A stretch of DNA of 64,000 nt from the human T2T-CHM13v2.0 reference genome, Homo sapiens (GCF_009914755.1 NC_060932.1), one strand, 5' to 3'; positions 1 to 13,703 are shown, numbered from the stretch's first letter. Notes: generated by a model not told the origin, from the letters alone. Program-made: numbers and translations.

Positions 1-1094
1 TAAGAAACTTTAAATTTATTTCCATGCCAGAATCCAGCAAATGCATTCTCAAAGTAATGGAATACACTTGACTCTCTACATGACTGATTGCATCTTCCTC
101 CTGTAGCTACACGATATAAACATTATGGAGACCACAATTACATAAAATGTCCAAGCAATGCACAACAATAACAAAGCCACCATTATGTCACATTTTTATA
201 AAATCTTAAATTGTCATAATATGGATACCTATGAAATTTGAATACAAATTTAAAATTTACTAATAAAATACAGTTGTCCCTTTTTACCAGAAGATCATTA
301 CTATCAGTAATAGTAAACTAATAGTAGCAACTTTCATAAAATAATAAATAAGTTTTATTTTCATTGACTGTGATATTGAAATAAGCCTCACTGAGATCCT
401 GCTCAAATATCGCTCATGTCACATCGGACTCATATGTATTTTTGAAGCAATTAGCAAAATTCAGAAATTGAGTGCAAGGCTTGCATTTTCACTACTTAGC
501 ATAAAAATCTTTTCATTCTTTTAATCATTTGGATGTAAACAAATCCAGCTTCATATCTCTTCTACTGAGACTCCTATAAAGCACACATCATTGCAGTAAA
601 ACTAACAGAAAAATACACATGCTTGTGCTCACTAGATATTTTCTATCTTTGAATATCAAATTAGCAGGCCATTAGCTGAGATGTTATTTTGATATTGAGA
701 TTTCTTTTATAAAACATATTTTAATGAAATATTAACAACACAGCCACAATATCCGTATGTTTACTTTGGTAAAAGTGAAAGCATAATTTGCACAAACAGC
801 AGATTCTACCCAATGTGCAAAACCTTTCTTTAGATATAGAATGCATAAATTGAAATGAAATGATATTTGGATTAGCATTGAGGATGGGTAGCAAAAGCCT
901 GCAAATGAGCAATAATCATGTTTCTTTTAGATGATTTTGAGGCATGGTTGTAGAACTGGAATAAAGTTAGAAAGGAAAGCCCTATTTAACTAAATCTACC
1001 TTAAACATTTTTCAAACTCAGGGCCAAATTTTGAAGTCTTTTAGAATGTCCTATACTTTTCTTAGAAAGTTAATGGAAGAATAAGTATGGAGCC

Positions 1095-1320
1095 TACGTT
1101 ATTGAGAACTTGGTATTTGCTGATTGCTTTGTATGCATCTTCTCACTTGACCCTCCTAATAAATACATGAAAGGTAAGTGTAATCCCAATCAACATACAA
1201 GGAAACTGAAGCTTTGAGGAAATACATAGAAATACATCACATATGCAAGATCACTCTGTTAATAGATTATAATGTTACAATTGGCTCTCTGTTATGCCTG
1301 ATTCCAGAGACCATGCTTTG
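1095..1320 (+). mobile_element. MIR SINE relic
   Basis: MIR core-like text 'aaggaaactgaagctttgagga...atgcaagatcac...tgcctgattccagagaccatgcttt'; highly diverged, boundaries approximate. Confidence 0.55.
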
Positions 1321-1397
1321 TGTGATTCTTTTTGTATACAGCAAATAATATATATCTAGGAGTCCAGACACACAAAACAGTCCAACAATAGAATAGT

Positions 1398-1447
1398 ATG
1401 TGTGTGTCTGCGTATGTGTGCGTGTATGTGTGTGTGTGTGTGTGTGT
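1398..1447. repeat. (TG)n microsatellite, interrupted
   Basis: direct reading: tatgtgtgtgtctgcgtatgtgtgcgtgtatg(tg)n. Confidence 0.95.
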
Positions 1448-4400
1448 TGGATAGCCTTTAGTTTTCTTTGATGAAGAACAGAGATATTTTAAATAAACAA
1501 AATGAAAATATCAAAATGATTTCATCATCCATGTGAGAGATATGCTTAATAGATCAACACTCTCAGTATATACTTTAGTCTTTTATTGCAAAGTTGAGAT
1601 TATTGATTTTCTAATTTTATCCTTAGCAGATTCCATACTCTGTTCATACATTCCTTATGATATTTTACAACTATAAGGAGAATGAAGAGAGTGAAAGTTT
1701 TGAGGAGACACAGGTACTCTGCCATTCCTCATTAGTTATGTACGGTTGTTCTTTCCCGTCTCTTATTGCTTATGAATTGCTTCGTTGGGAATATCCCAAC
1801 AAATACTTTTCCTTAGTTTTTTAATTTTTTTAAAAATTTCAACATGCTCCTTTTTCTAAAGTCCCATATCAATCTAAAATATCGCATTACTTTCCAACTT
1901 AAGTCTCTAGAAGTTTTCAAGCCAAAAGGCTCAAGAAGAAGCCTAAAATGTGAGATAGTGGGAAAATATTTAAATATAGCAGCTTATGTGGTTTACAAAT
2001 TATTAAACAGGAATTTGATGGTAAGAATTCCAATTAATACAGATATCTGGGAAATAGATTTGTAGTTACCTGTACTTACTACCTACCTATTTCCCAATGA
2101 ATTTTGTATAGAATAGGAATTTTTCCTTGTCCTGCCCAGGTCATATCACCTATGCAGGCATCCTGGCAGTGACTAATATCTGTATTAAGAAAATGAAAAA
2201 AAAATTCTTGATCTTCACTCAGATCATAGAGGTATACCATTAAAAATACCCTCTTGTCTCTCAATGTCAATAATACCGCAAGGTAGAGTATGGTCATATT
2301 TTATGAAAAACATTAGAATATTCTAAAAGCTCAGACATTCTCAGGATTTAAGCCTGAATAATTATGCAAAATAACAAAATTTTCAGTAGGTTGTAAACAA
2401 GGACATATACCAAATTAAATCTATTTGGCAAATTTCTCTTACTTTTCTTAAGACTGGTACTTACTTTTCTTTATGATTATTAAAACCTCGACATTGTTAA
2501 TGTTTTTTGATGATGATAGGTCTAAATTAAATGAACAAACAGATTAATCATTACTTTAAAAGTAAATTTCAATTATTTAGCAATTAAGAATAATAGTTCA
2601 TTTAAAAAGCAATGCTGTAAGGAAAAACCATTTTTAAGTATGTTTTTTTCTTTCTTTTAAGAAAGATGTGCTTTGATAAATTGCATAAACATATTATGCA
2701 TTATTAAACTTTAAAATTATATGCTTGACAGATTATGTGTACTTCTCTCTAGGGCTTTATTGCAATCTGTGGAACTTATTAGTTGTGATTTCATTGCCAG
2801 CGGCAAAAGGTAGTATGTTCTATAAATTAAAACATTTGGCTGTGGCCATGGGAAATTTTTTATGGTGAGCAGAGATTGGACGTGGGGGTAGGAAACAAAT
2901 CTAACAGTTTTAATCCAAAAAAGAAAAAAATTCCGCGTGTGATGAATTTGTGCTTTGCGTTTGTTTATCTCAGGGATTGCACATTCTAAACAATTTGGGA
3001 ATTGCAGTAATTTTAGAACTAGGGTAGATAAATTTACCAGTTAAATCACAATGTTTACAAAAGAGTATATAGAGCAGTACACCTTACTTACACCAGATGC
3101 TGGTAATCTGGACATTGGACTATCAATTAAATTGGACAATTACTTGGCCGTTTTTCATGTTGCTTCCATTTTGCCAAATCCTTCTTTTTCCAGGTTTTTT
3201 AAAATACTATTTGCCTGTTACTTTCTGTCATTATCAACATTTAGTAACTCTGTATTTTTCATCTCATATTCAAATAAATTACTTTATTGAAAACAACAAA
3301 TATATTTTCCACCACTGGCCCATTCAGGGCAAGACAATATAATTTTCTGAGGTAAATACATTTTCATGTATAATGAAATAGATAGTCAATTTCATTCTTA
3401 TTTTTATTATATTAATATAAAATTCTACATAGGAACACATTTCTGTGATATTAGGCTTGTATATCTAATATCGATGAACCTTACAGTTTTACATAGGATA
3501 GAAAAGATCAGGAATAAGTGATTGCAGATAAATTATTATCAATGCATAAATAACGAAGGCATTTTCAAAGGAACAACTGATAACTAATTAGTTAAACTTG
3601 CCAAATAATTACCAAATAATCACAGCTCTCATCAGCAGCTGTTAAAAACTGATAAAATTTGATTCAATACAGTATGTATAAATTTACACTTGGCTGAAAC
3701 ATCTGCAAACTGTGGCAAACACTTTTTTTGTGCATAGGGCTAGAGGCATTTTTGCAGTCATTTTCAAACTATGTTGAAGCCAGTATTCCCTTTCCCTTTA
3801 CAACCTGCAAACTTGTCCTTTCTGTTCTCCCTGCTCCTTTTTGTCTTTGTGTTCTCCTCTTTTTGTTTCCTTACTGTTTTAATCTCTTCTTTATTAAAAT
3901 TTCAAACATAGCACATATGATTCATTTTACTCTGCCATTGCGCTCTGAACCTAAAGCATTTAAAACTTTGCATGTGTTTTTGTAACTAAAGAATTATATA
4001 TGTACACTTATTTCATTATTCAAATTCTACATTAAATATACATAATACATATCTTTGATGAAATAAAAGACAATAGATTGATTTCAGATTATTTACTTTT
4101 CAGACTAAAAAATTGTACGTACTTGTTGATTTGCTTGTTTTCTGTAGAGTTAGTCCTCCTGCAGTTATTTCCTCTATGATCATCTTCTGAGCTAAAACCA
4201 TAAATATCTATTGCCTAGCCTGAATTTACCTGCCAGAAACTCTTTTTAAATCTTAGTGTTTTATACATGGGAAAATGCACACAGCTACAAACCTACACCT
4301 TTTGTATATACAATACAGGTAAAAACAAAGACAAAAGTAACTCAGGTAATTGTGTTATTAAATTTGGTTCAGGCATTGGACTATGTTGTTTGAAATGTAG

Positions 4401-4794
4401 GAGTAAGCATGATAAAAATTCTTAACTTCTGTCATATCTTGCTGTTCTTTAAAGAGCTTGAAGATATGTTTACCTCATAACACTGGAAAAATAAAGACAG
4501 TAATTAGATCTATATTTATTTCACCAATATATTACCAGCTCCAAGTCATGTTCATTGCACAAAGCTTTTGTGACATACATCTCTGATATAAAATAATTGT
4601 ATTTGTTTTGTCAGAACATTTGGTACTTTCCTGGAATCAATAAATTCCCAATAAATTTATAGTAATAAAATAATGAAGTAAATAAATGAGAAACAAGGGA
4701 TACCATATAATATGTGTGCAGAAGACATAATGGGACGAGAGAGCAATTTCATAGTTTCTCCCAATTGGTTATTCCATTAAACACTTCATTTTTT

Positions 4795-5000
4795 GCATTG
4801 GAAATGGCCTTAAAACTCATCAATTCTAACTTCCCAATATTACAGACCAGACAAGTAAACTTCAGAAAGGTTGAGTGATGTTTCTATTTAACCAGTTGTC
4901 TACAATCTGTCCAAACAGTTACAAAGCCAATTGTGAGGGCTATGCCAAGGAAGATTTCCTGAAAACTAGGTCAGTGGTCTTTCCCCTGCAACACGCTTCT
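4795..5000 (+). mobile_element. MIR/MIR3 relic
   Basis: 'ttggaaatggccttaaaactcatc...cttcagaaaggttgagtga...gtcagtggtctttcccctgcaacacgct' resembles the MIR core and its end. Confidence 0.5.
4881..4943 (+). repeat. 63-bp segment duplicated at 6655-6716
   Basis: tttctatttaaccagttgtctacaa(t/c)ctgtccaaacagtt(a/-)caaag(c/t)caattgtgag(g/a)gctat; 4 differences. Confidence 0.95.
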
Positions 5001-5689
5001 GTCAGCCCAAGTATATATGGAAGGACCATAGTAGAGTAAAATACACAATGACTCAGGATTCACAAGACCTGTGACTACAGACCACCCTGGTCACTTACTG
5101 GCAAGTAACTTAGTTCTTCAAAGCTTCACCTTCCACATGCATACGTTAAAATTACATATCTATCCTGAAATGTTAGCAGATACATTCATCAAATAATATG
5201 CTCTCTGTGAAAGGGAACAGAACTCTAGAAAATGTTTGTTTCATAAATGAATTAGATTTTAAATTTACATAGTATAAAAGTGAATTCCCAAGCCAAATTC
5301 AACTGTTTAATCATGATTTTCTATTAGAACATTTCTCATATCTAACATGCAGATATTCATTGACAAACATTTATCGAACACAATCTATATGCCAAATTCA
5401 ATACAGGAGATGTGAAGTTGAAAAAGAGATTACTTTGTATTCAGAATTAATTTTACTTGGTTAGCCTGTGCTCAAAGCTCAAATGTTTTATTTAATCGAC
5501 TTTCATAGTCACAGGTTGTACTCCTAGCACAGCTGATGTTTTTCAATTAGATCAAAAAGGTTACATAGAAAGAGGAGAACTTTGGGACTGAACTCAACCT
5601 TGATTATTGCCATTTGCTTAAGCACAACAGGTAATTCTTTGCCAAATTCTATTGGCTTTAAATTCCCAATAAATCAGTCTTATTTCTAT

Positions 5690-6475
5690 TTCAATTTCTA
5701 CCACCTAAGTTAAAGTACCATCATATTTCATCAAGATACTAGACAACGACCTCCTAACTATAGTAGTCTCTTTTTCAATTTCTGGCCCCTTATGCTCTAC
5801 TCAGCACAAACGTAGAGTAATCTTTTGAAAAACAACATAAAGATCACGTTACATTGAAGTTTTAAAACCCTCCCATGATTACCAGTGCATTGACAGTGAA
5901 TTCTGGGCTCTCTACCAATGACTTATGGGACCATAGATGGTCTGACTGCTACTTAATTTTCCAAATACACACTATACTACCTGGATTCAGCTTCACTGGC
6001 TCCCTTTCTATTGCTTGCACGAACCCAATTTTTTTTTCTACTTTAGAACTTATGAACTTGTGGTTCCCTTTGCCTGAATGCTGTTTCGCTAACTCTCTGC
6101 ATGAATGACTTTGTATCTGGGCTTAATTTTTCAGCTATGGGCTTAAATTTTATCTCTTCAGAGGACACTTTCTTTACCACACTGCCTATGGGTCATTCTT
6201 TACCAATTTAACAAATATTTATGGAGTGCCTATAAACCTAGTCTTGGCCAGTTACTCTGTATAATATCACTAAGCTACTAGTTCCACTGTACTTAGAATA
6301 ATTGCTACTTGTCTTATTTATATATTAATTTACGTATTTATTCTGTCACTTTAGAAGGTTTAATTTTTCAAGATGCAAAGATTTTGTTGGTTTTACTCAT
6401 AGAAATGCCCCCAGAACTAAGCATAGTGTCCAGCATATTATAGGCACTAAACAAATATATTGAAGGAATAAATAA
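5690..6475 (+). mobile_element. L2 LINE 3' relic
   Basis: L2-type motifs 'acctcctaacta', 'agatcacgttac', 'tgcctgaatgct' and terminal 'taggcactaaacaaatatattgaaggaataaat'. Confidence 0.7.
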
Positions 6476-6654
6476 TTTTATAAATATTATTTGAGAAGCA
6501 TCATATGCCTGCCATTGATAGCTGCTGAGCACGTAGTTCTTGCCAACAAGACTGAGAGGCAATAAATGTGAAATAATTAGTTCATTCAAGTTTAAAAAAA
6601 ATACCAAATAAGCATCAGTAGCTGTCCCATGTAGATGCTAGAAATACAGGTGTA

Positions 6655-6716
6655 TTTCTATTTAACCAGTTGTCTACAACCTGTCCAAACAGTTCAAAGT
6701 CAATTGTGAGAGCTAT
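6655..6716 (+). repeat. second copy of 4881-4943
   Basis: direct alignment, about 94% identical. Confidence 0.95.
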
Positions 6717-6809
6717 CCCGAATAGCCGTCACATTCTAGCCCACCTACGTAGGACAGCTTCTGATCCTTATTTGCTTCACAATTCTGGAAATTAGAAGTC
6801 CAAATTTTT

Positions 6810-7114
6810 AGAGTCAGTCTGAGTCTGAAGGCCTGAGAACCAAGAGTGCTGAGGGCAAGAGAAAATTATTGTGCTAATTGGAGCAGTCAGGCAAAGAGTA
6901 AATTCAAACCCCCTTCTGCCTTTTTATTTTATTGGGCTCTGAAGAGATTGGATGATACCCATTCACAATCAGAAAGACCATAGACTTTACTCAGTTCATC
7001 AACTCACATGCTAATCTCTTGTAAATACCATTACAGACACATCCAGAAATAATATCTAACCAGGTATCTGAGCATCTCAAAGTTCATTCAAGTTGGTATA
7101 AAATTAGCCATCAT
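6810..7114 (-). mobile_element. MLT2-family (ERVL) LTR fragment
   Basis: ends 'cagaaataatatctaaccaggtatctgagcatc...caagttggtataaaattagccatcata', the reverse complement of the MLT2 start tgtgatggttaatttt. Confidence 0.75.
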
Positions 7115-8386
7115 AGTAGGTGTGAGGAGACACATAGTTGAACAGAATTTTAAAGACTTTCAATGTTATAAGCCATTTATTTGTGTCATCTTTAATTGCT
7201 TTCATCAGTTTTGTAGTTTTCTTTGTAGAGATCTCTCACCTCCTTAGATAAATGTATTCCTATGTGTGTTTTTTTGTATCCATTGTAAACAGAATTGACT
7301 TTTGATTTCTTTCTCAGCTAGCCCATAGTTGGCATATAGAAACACTACTGATTTTTGTACTTGGATTTTGTACTCTGCTAGTTTACCTAATTCATTTATT
7401 AAATTTAAGAAGTTTTGTATAATTGTTAGGTTTTTTGAGACATAAGTTCATATTATCAGAAAAGGGGAACAATTTGACTACCTCTTTTCCAATTTGGATA
7501 CATTTTATATTCTTCTATTGCCTGAATTTTCTGGCCAGGACTTCCAGTACTATGCTAAATAGAAGTGGTGAAAGTGTCTTATTCCAGTTCTTAGAGGAAA
7601 AGCTTTCGACTTTTTCCCATTAAGTATGGTATTAGCTGTGGGTTTGTCATATATGGTCTTTATTTTTTTTGAGGTATGTTTATTCTATGCCTAGTTTGCT
7701 GAAGATTTTCATTATCAAAGATTTAAAACTTTATCAAGTGCTTTTTCTGTATCTATTGAGATGATAAAATGGTTTGTATCCTTTACTCTGTTGATGTAAT
7801 ATATCATGCTTATTGATTTGTGTATGTTGAACCGTCCTTGCATCCCTAATATAAAGTACACTTAACTGTAGTTTATTATCTTTTCGATGTGCCATTGGAT
7901 TCAGTTTTCTAGTGCATTGTTTAGAATTTTGTGTCTATGTTCATCAGGGATAATGGCCTGTAATTTTCTTGTATGTGTGTGTTCTTGTTTTATTTTGGTA
8001 TCGTGGTAATACTGGCTTTGTAGAATGAGTTAAGGAGAATTCTGTCCTCTTTGATTTTTTGAAATAGTTTCAAAAGGATTGGTATTAGATCTTGGTAAGT
8101 TTAGTAGAATGCAGCTGTGAATCTATCTGATCTGGGAATTTTCTTCATTGAGATTAGTTTTATTACTGATTCACTCTTGCTGCTCATTACTGGTCTATTC
8201 TGGTTTTATATTTCTTCTTGATTCAGTCTTGGTAGGTTATAGATTTCCAGAAATGTATTAATTTATCTAGGTTTTACCATTTGTAAGTTTATAGCTCTTC
8301 ATAACAGTCTCTGATGATCTGTTGTATTTCTGTGGTATCAGTTGTAATGTCTCCTTTTTCATTTCTGATTTTGATTATTTGGGTCT

Positions 8387-8743
8387 TGATACAGTTTGGC
8401 TCTGTGTCCCCACTGAAATCTCACCTCTAATTGTAATCCCCACATGTCAAGGAAGGGACATGGTGACAGGTGATTGGATAATGAGAGCAGTTTCCCCCAT
8501 GCTGTTCTCATGATAGTGAGAAAGTTCTCATGAGATCTGTTGGTTTAAAAGTGGCAGTATACTCTGTGCTTTCTGTCTCTTGCTGTCATGTAGGATGTGC
8601 CTTGCTTCCCCCTCCACCATGATTGTAAGTTTCCTGAGGCCTCCCTCGTCATGTAAAACTGTGAGTCAATTAAACCTCTTTTTTTCATAAATTACCCAGT
8701 CTCAGGTAGTGTCTTTAGAGTAGCGTGAAAACAGACTAATACA
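8387..8743 (+). mobile_element. THE1D/MSTA-like MaLR solo LTR inserted in the old L1
   Basis: tgatacagtttggctctgtgtcccc...acagactaataca with TG..CA ends; 5-bp TSD ggtct/ggttt (1 mismatch). Confidence 0.9.
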
Positions 8744-9937
8744 GGTTTTTTTCTACTTTTCTTGGTTAGTCTACTAGGAGTTTATCAACTTTGTTTTTCT
8801 TTTTGAAGAACCAACTTTTTAATTTGTTAATCCTTTGTATTTTTTGTCATCTCTATTTCATTTAGTTATTCTCTTCTTTTTATTATTTATTTTCTTCTGA
8901 TAATTTTGGGTTTGGCTGGTTTTTGCTTTTCGCTTTTCTGCTTCTTTAACGTGCATTGGTAGATAGTTGTCTGTAGTCTTTCTACATTTTTGATGCAGAC
9001 ATTTATTGCTAGAAACTTCCCTTTTAGTACATTTTTTTCTGTATCACACAGGTTTTCATATGTTTTGTTTCCATTTTTATTTTTTAAGATTTTTAAAATT
9101 TATATTCTAATGCCTTGTTTTTACCCAATCATTATTTAGGAGCATGCTATTTAATTTCCATATATGTGCATAATTTCCTGGTGTTTATTTCTAGTTTTAT
9201 CCCAAAGTGGTCTGAGAAGATATTTGATATTATTTTGATTTTAAAAAATTTTATTGAACTTGCTTGTTTCCTAACATGTGGTCTATCCTGAAGAATGTTT
9301 CATGTCCTAATGAGAATAATTTATATTCTTCAGATGTTTCACAGATGCCTTTTAGGTCCATTTGGTCTAAAGTCCAGTTTACACCAAAAATTTCTTTGTT
9401 AGTTTTCTGTTTAGATGACCTGTCTAATGTAAAAGACCTCCCTCCATGCTTTGCAATTTCTCTTTCTCTCTAGGTCTGGTAATATTTGTTTTATGAATAT
9501 GAGTGCTTCAGTGTTGGGTACATATATATTTAGGATTTTAATATCCTCTTGCTGTATTGATATTTTTACAATTATATAATGACTTTCTTTGGCTATTTTT
9601 TTCTTAACTTAAAATCTGTTTTATCAGATACAAGTATAGCTACATCTGTCTGCTTTTAGTTTCTGTTTGTGTGAAATGTCTTTCTCCATCTCTTTATTTC
9701 AGTTTCTACGTCTTTACTGATAAGCCAAGTTTCTTGGAAGCAACTTAGCTGGATTATACATTTTAAATCTATTCAGCCATTCTGTATCTTTTCATTTGGT
9801 CCATTTCATTCAAGGTCAATATGTGAGGCTTTGTTTCTGTCATATTGTTAACTTTTTTGTGGTTGTTTTATATCTTCTTTGTCCACTTCTTTTTTTCTTT
9901 GTCATTATGGTTTGGTGAATTTCTGTAGTGACACATT

Positions 9938-9981
9938 TGGATTTCAGGCCTCTGGGCAACTGGTGTGGTGTGGGCAATGGC
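9938..9981 (+). repeat. 44-bp copy of 11452-11496
   Basis: tggattt(-/t)caggcc(t/c)ctgggcaactggtgtggtgtgggcaatggc; also visible in the ORF track as FQASGQLVWCGQW versus FQAPGQLVWCGQW. Confidence 0.95.
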
Positions 9982-12802
9982 TTATTCTTCATTTTTTGTA
10001 TGATTGTTTTACTAGTGAGTTTTATGCTTCCATGTGTTTTCATGGAGGTAAATGTCATTCTTTTACTTCCAGGTTTAGGACTCCCTTGAGCATTGTTCGC
10101 ATGGCTAGTCTAGTGGTCACAAATTTCCTGAGCATTTTCTTGTCTGAGAAAGGCTTTACTCTTTTTTCATTTATAAATGATAATTTTGGTGAATATAACA
10201 ATTTTTTTCTTTCAGAACTTCAAATACATTACGCCATTCTCTTTTGCCCTTGTAAAGTTTCTGCTGATAAATCTAATTTTAGTCTTATGGGATTTCCTTT
10301 ATAATTCACTAGCACTTTTCTTTTGTTGTTTTTAGAATTCACTCTTTATTTTTGACTTTAGATAGTCTGTCTATAATATGCTGTGGAAAGAATGTTTTTT
10401 TACATTGTATCTTCCTGGGGATCACTGATCCTCATGTATATGAAGGTCTAAATATCTTCCTAGACTTGGGAGTTTTTCATTTATTATTTTGTTAAATAAG
10501 TTTTCTAATTTTTTCATTTTCTCTTTACTCTCTTAGATACCGACAATTCAAATATTTGGTCACTTTAAGTCATCCCAAATGTCATAAAAGCTTTGCTCAT
10601 TCTTTTTTATTATTTCTTTCTTTCTTTTTCTCTGACTGGATTATTTCAAAAGATCTTTTGTTAAGTTCTGAGATTCTTTCTTTTGCTTTATATAGTCTAT
10701 TTTTGAAGCTTTCAAATGTATTTTGTATTTCCTTCAATGAATTATTAAATTTCAAAATTTTCATTTCATTCTTATTTAAAATATCTATCTCCTTGGTAAA
10801 ATTTTCATTCATATCCCGAATTGTTTTTCTGATTCTTTGCATTACTTTTCAGAATTTTTTGTACTTTGCTGAGTCTCTTTAAAATCAATATGTTGAATTC
10901 TTTATCTAGGATTTTGAAGATTTCTTTTTGATTAAGATCTATTGTTACAGAATTATTATGTTCCTTTGCAAGTGTCATATTTTTTCTTACTTTTTAATAT
11001 TTCCTATGTTCTTACATTTATATCTTTACATCTGTTGTAACCATCGCTACTTATTTTGAATTTACTTTCGTAGGGGAGAATATTTTCCTGAATATGTATT
11101 TATAGTGTTGGTTAGGTAGGGCAAACTGGCTTTGATTCTGGATGCATGCTCTAATGTAGTCTCTGTGTGATGTTTTTGACTGTAAACAGAATTAGTGGTA
11201 TCTGTGATTTTTTTCAGTTGGTTAAGGTGAAGTTATTAAGGGAGGCTGTGGTGAAGCTGTGCTGGGGAATGGTGTGCCAGGTAGGCCAGTTTTTAGGCCC
11301 CGTTGGTGGCTGTGGTGGGCTATGTCTATCCTGAACCCCAGGATGGTTTTTGTTGGCAATAATGTTGGCAGTTACCAGCAAGCTGTTTTCCTGGGCTTCC
11401 AGGTGGCTTTCTCAAATTCCAATAGAGGCAGTGGTGAACTGGATAGGTGGGTGGATTTTCAGGCCCCTGGGCAACTGGTGTGGTGTGGGCAATGGCAGTA
11501 AGCAGTGGTGGGAAAATTCTGTAAGTCCAGAGCAGTGTGTGTTGTTATTAGTGATGGCTGTGATAGGCTGGGCAGGCTAATCTCCAGGCCCTCAAGTAGC
11601 ACTTGCAGGTAGGTGCTAGATGAGGTGGTAGAATCAAGAAATTTAGGCCCAACTTCAGGCTCTTGCTATGCGTGCTCAGATGCCCAAGTTAGTGGACTGG
11701 GTTGGGCAATCCCCAGGATCCTGGGCAGTGTACTCTGTCTCAGAGGAGGGGCACAAAGCTGGGCTGAACATGCTTATTCTCCAGCTTCTAAATGGTGAGA
11801 GTGGGCCTCAGCCATAGTGAACAGGGGAAGGATGATCCTCAGGCCCCAGGCAGAGTGCTTGGATGAGTGGGAGTAGTGGCCACACTGAGGCTCTGCCACT
11901 GAAGTGAGTAGGGCTGGCCTTGGCGGCCACAAGCTAAGCTGGCATGTAGGGAATGCATGTCCCCCTTATGCTGCGATGCTGGTAGGGCTTGCCCCTAAGC
12001 CCTGGCTCCAGCAGACCTCACCCAGAACACAACTAAGTTCCAGCAGCAACTTTGTCCCACTTGTATCCCAGTTTCAGCCCTGTCAGTGCTTGCTTCTTAG
12101 CATTAACAGATGCAGACCGTGTTTGTCTCACTCCTTAACCCTGGCTCCCAGCTTGCACACCAGTCTCAGAAGCAACAGCCTAATTTTCCCAGACACCTCA
12201 GACCCAATACTGTTGGGACCCAGAAGAGTGTGCAGTCTGCCAAAGGCTAGGTTTGAAAATGACAACTTGTTGTAGCTGCTTAGATCGCAGAAAGGGTGTG
12301 GGAAGCAGTGCAAGCACACTCGCTAGAGCAGTTTCATCTCACAGTATCCTGGAAACTTCCTGTGTTAGTTTCAGGGACTAGGAGGTTCAAGGGGCTCTCC
12401 CCTTGGCAAGATTGCACAGTTCTACTGTGGGGATGTGGGCCACTGGAAGTCTCTCACTTATCACTCTCTGTGTTGAAAACTTATTTCCAAATCCCACCCA
12501 ATCCCAGCCAAACAGACTGCAACTTTCCTTCTCCGTCCTTGCTTTTGGTGTTTCCTGTCACTTTTCTGTTGAAATTCAATGTTCTTTCTTTGATAATGTA
12601 TTTTGTGTCCTTGTTTCTACATTATTTTTATTCTTTTAAGTAGAGAGGAGGCCATGTAATGCTTCTTGTCAGCCATCTTTAATCTCATCCCCACTATTTT
12701 TAAATTTAACAACTTTAAATGTTGGTCAGTTGATACTTGGATAAGATAAATGAAGATTTAGCTTACTTCACCAACTCCCCTTCCTTGTCCCATTCTACCC
12801 CA

Positions 12803-13134
12803 AACTTTCACTAAAGCCTTTTAAAACCTAACATTGGCCAATTAAAGAATGACAATACCTCCTATAAAATAGTTGAGTAATTTTTAACTTTTGAGAAATA
12901 ACCCATGAGTTTCACATTTACATGAGAAAGCTAATAAGGATAGAAGAAACATTTTAATTTCTGATTTTTTTCCTACCTGATATTCTTAAAAAGTAGTTAT
13001 TTTGGATAACAATTAAAGCACATGAGAAAAATGTTCACTTCAAAACTAAGACTGTTCTTGCTCTAATGAATTAAGATTTTTTACAACACTTAATTTTCTT
13101 AAGTTTTCATATTAAAGGTCACAGTAATCAAGTT
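12803..13134 (+). repeat. ~330-bp segment duplicated at 15045-15385
   Basis: colinear from aactttcact to ggtcacagtaatcaagtt; roughly 90% identity by eye. Confidence 0.95.
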
Positions 13135-13358
13135 TTTTGATTTCTCAATTGGAAAACATTTTAACTTAAACACTGTATATCTAAACAGTTTTTCTTATTT
13201 CTTCACCTATAGTTATTACTCTTTCATTCTCAACTTTGTTGTTTGAAGACAGTAATATCTACCTTTATCTCCTTCATTGCTAAAGAAACTAAATTCAACC
13301 ATATTTATGTTTACTTTTACATCTTAGATATTTGTATTGATTAAAATTAACTTTATGC

Positions 13359-13703
13359 TTTTTTTATTATACTTTTAAGTTTTAGGGTACATGTGCTCAA
13401 TGTGCAGGTTTGTTACATATGTATACATGTGCCATGTTGGTGTGCTGCACCCATCAACTCATCATTTAACGTTAGGTATATCCCCTAATGCTATCCCTCC
13501 CCCCTCCCCCCACCACACAACAAGCCCCGGTGTGTGATGTTCCCCTTCCTGTGTCCATGTGTTCTCATTGTTCAATTCCCACCTATAAGTGAGAACAAGT
13601 GGTGTTTGGTTTTTTGTCTGTGCGATAGTTTGCTGAGAATGACGCAGCCATAAAAAATGATGAGCTCATGTCCTTTGTAGGGACATGGATGAAGCTGGAA
13701 ACC
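13359..13703 (-). mobile_element. Short L1PA 3' fragment with 5' inversion (twin priming)
   Basis: poly-T plus antisense L1PA 3'UTR to 13642, then a sense-oriented piece 13643-13703 (gcagccataaaaaatgatgag...gctggaaacc) that is contiguous in L1 coordinates; degenerate TSD ctttat+T-run on both sides. Confidence 0.92.

Larger units (their letters stand above)
7170..12690 (-). mobile_element. Old L1 (L1PB/L1MA-age): 5'UTR, ORF1 and ORF2 up to the RT region; 3' end absent
   Basis: ORF 10597..10842(-) is an L1 ORF1 coiled coil (IRKTIRDMNENFTKEIDIL...ISEL...EIIQSE); GC-richer 5'UTR at ~11200-12690 ending 'gtcagccatctt' (rc aagatggctgac); T-rich antisense ORF2 at 7170-9800. Confidence 0.9.

Noticed and set aside
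2753-2809. 57-nt candidate exon (acttctctctag acceptor, one open frame ALLQSVELISCDFIASGK)
   Set aside because: Weak donor (gtagta), no recognisable protein similarity and no partner exons; not supportable without transcript data
11200-12690. GC-richer segment with several ORFs as a promoter or gene
   Set aside because: It is the CpG-depleted 5'UTR of the old minus-strand L1
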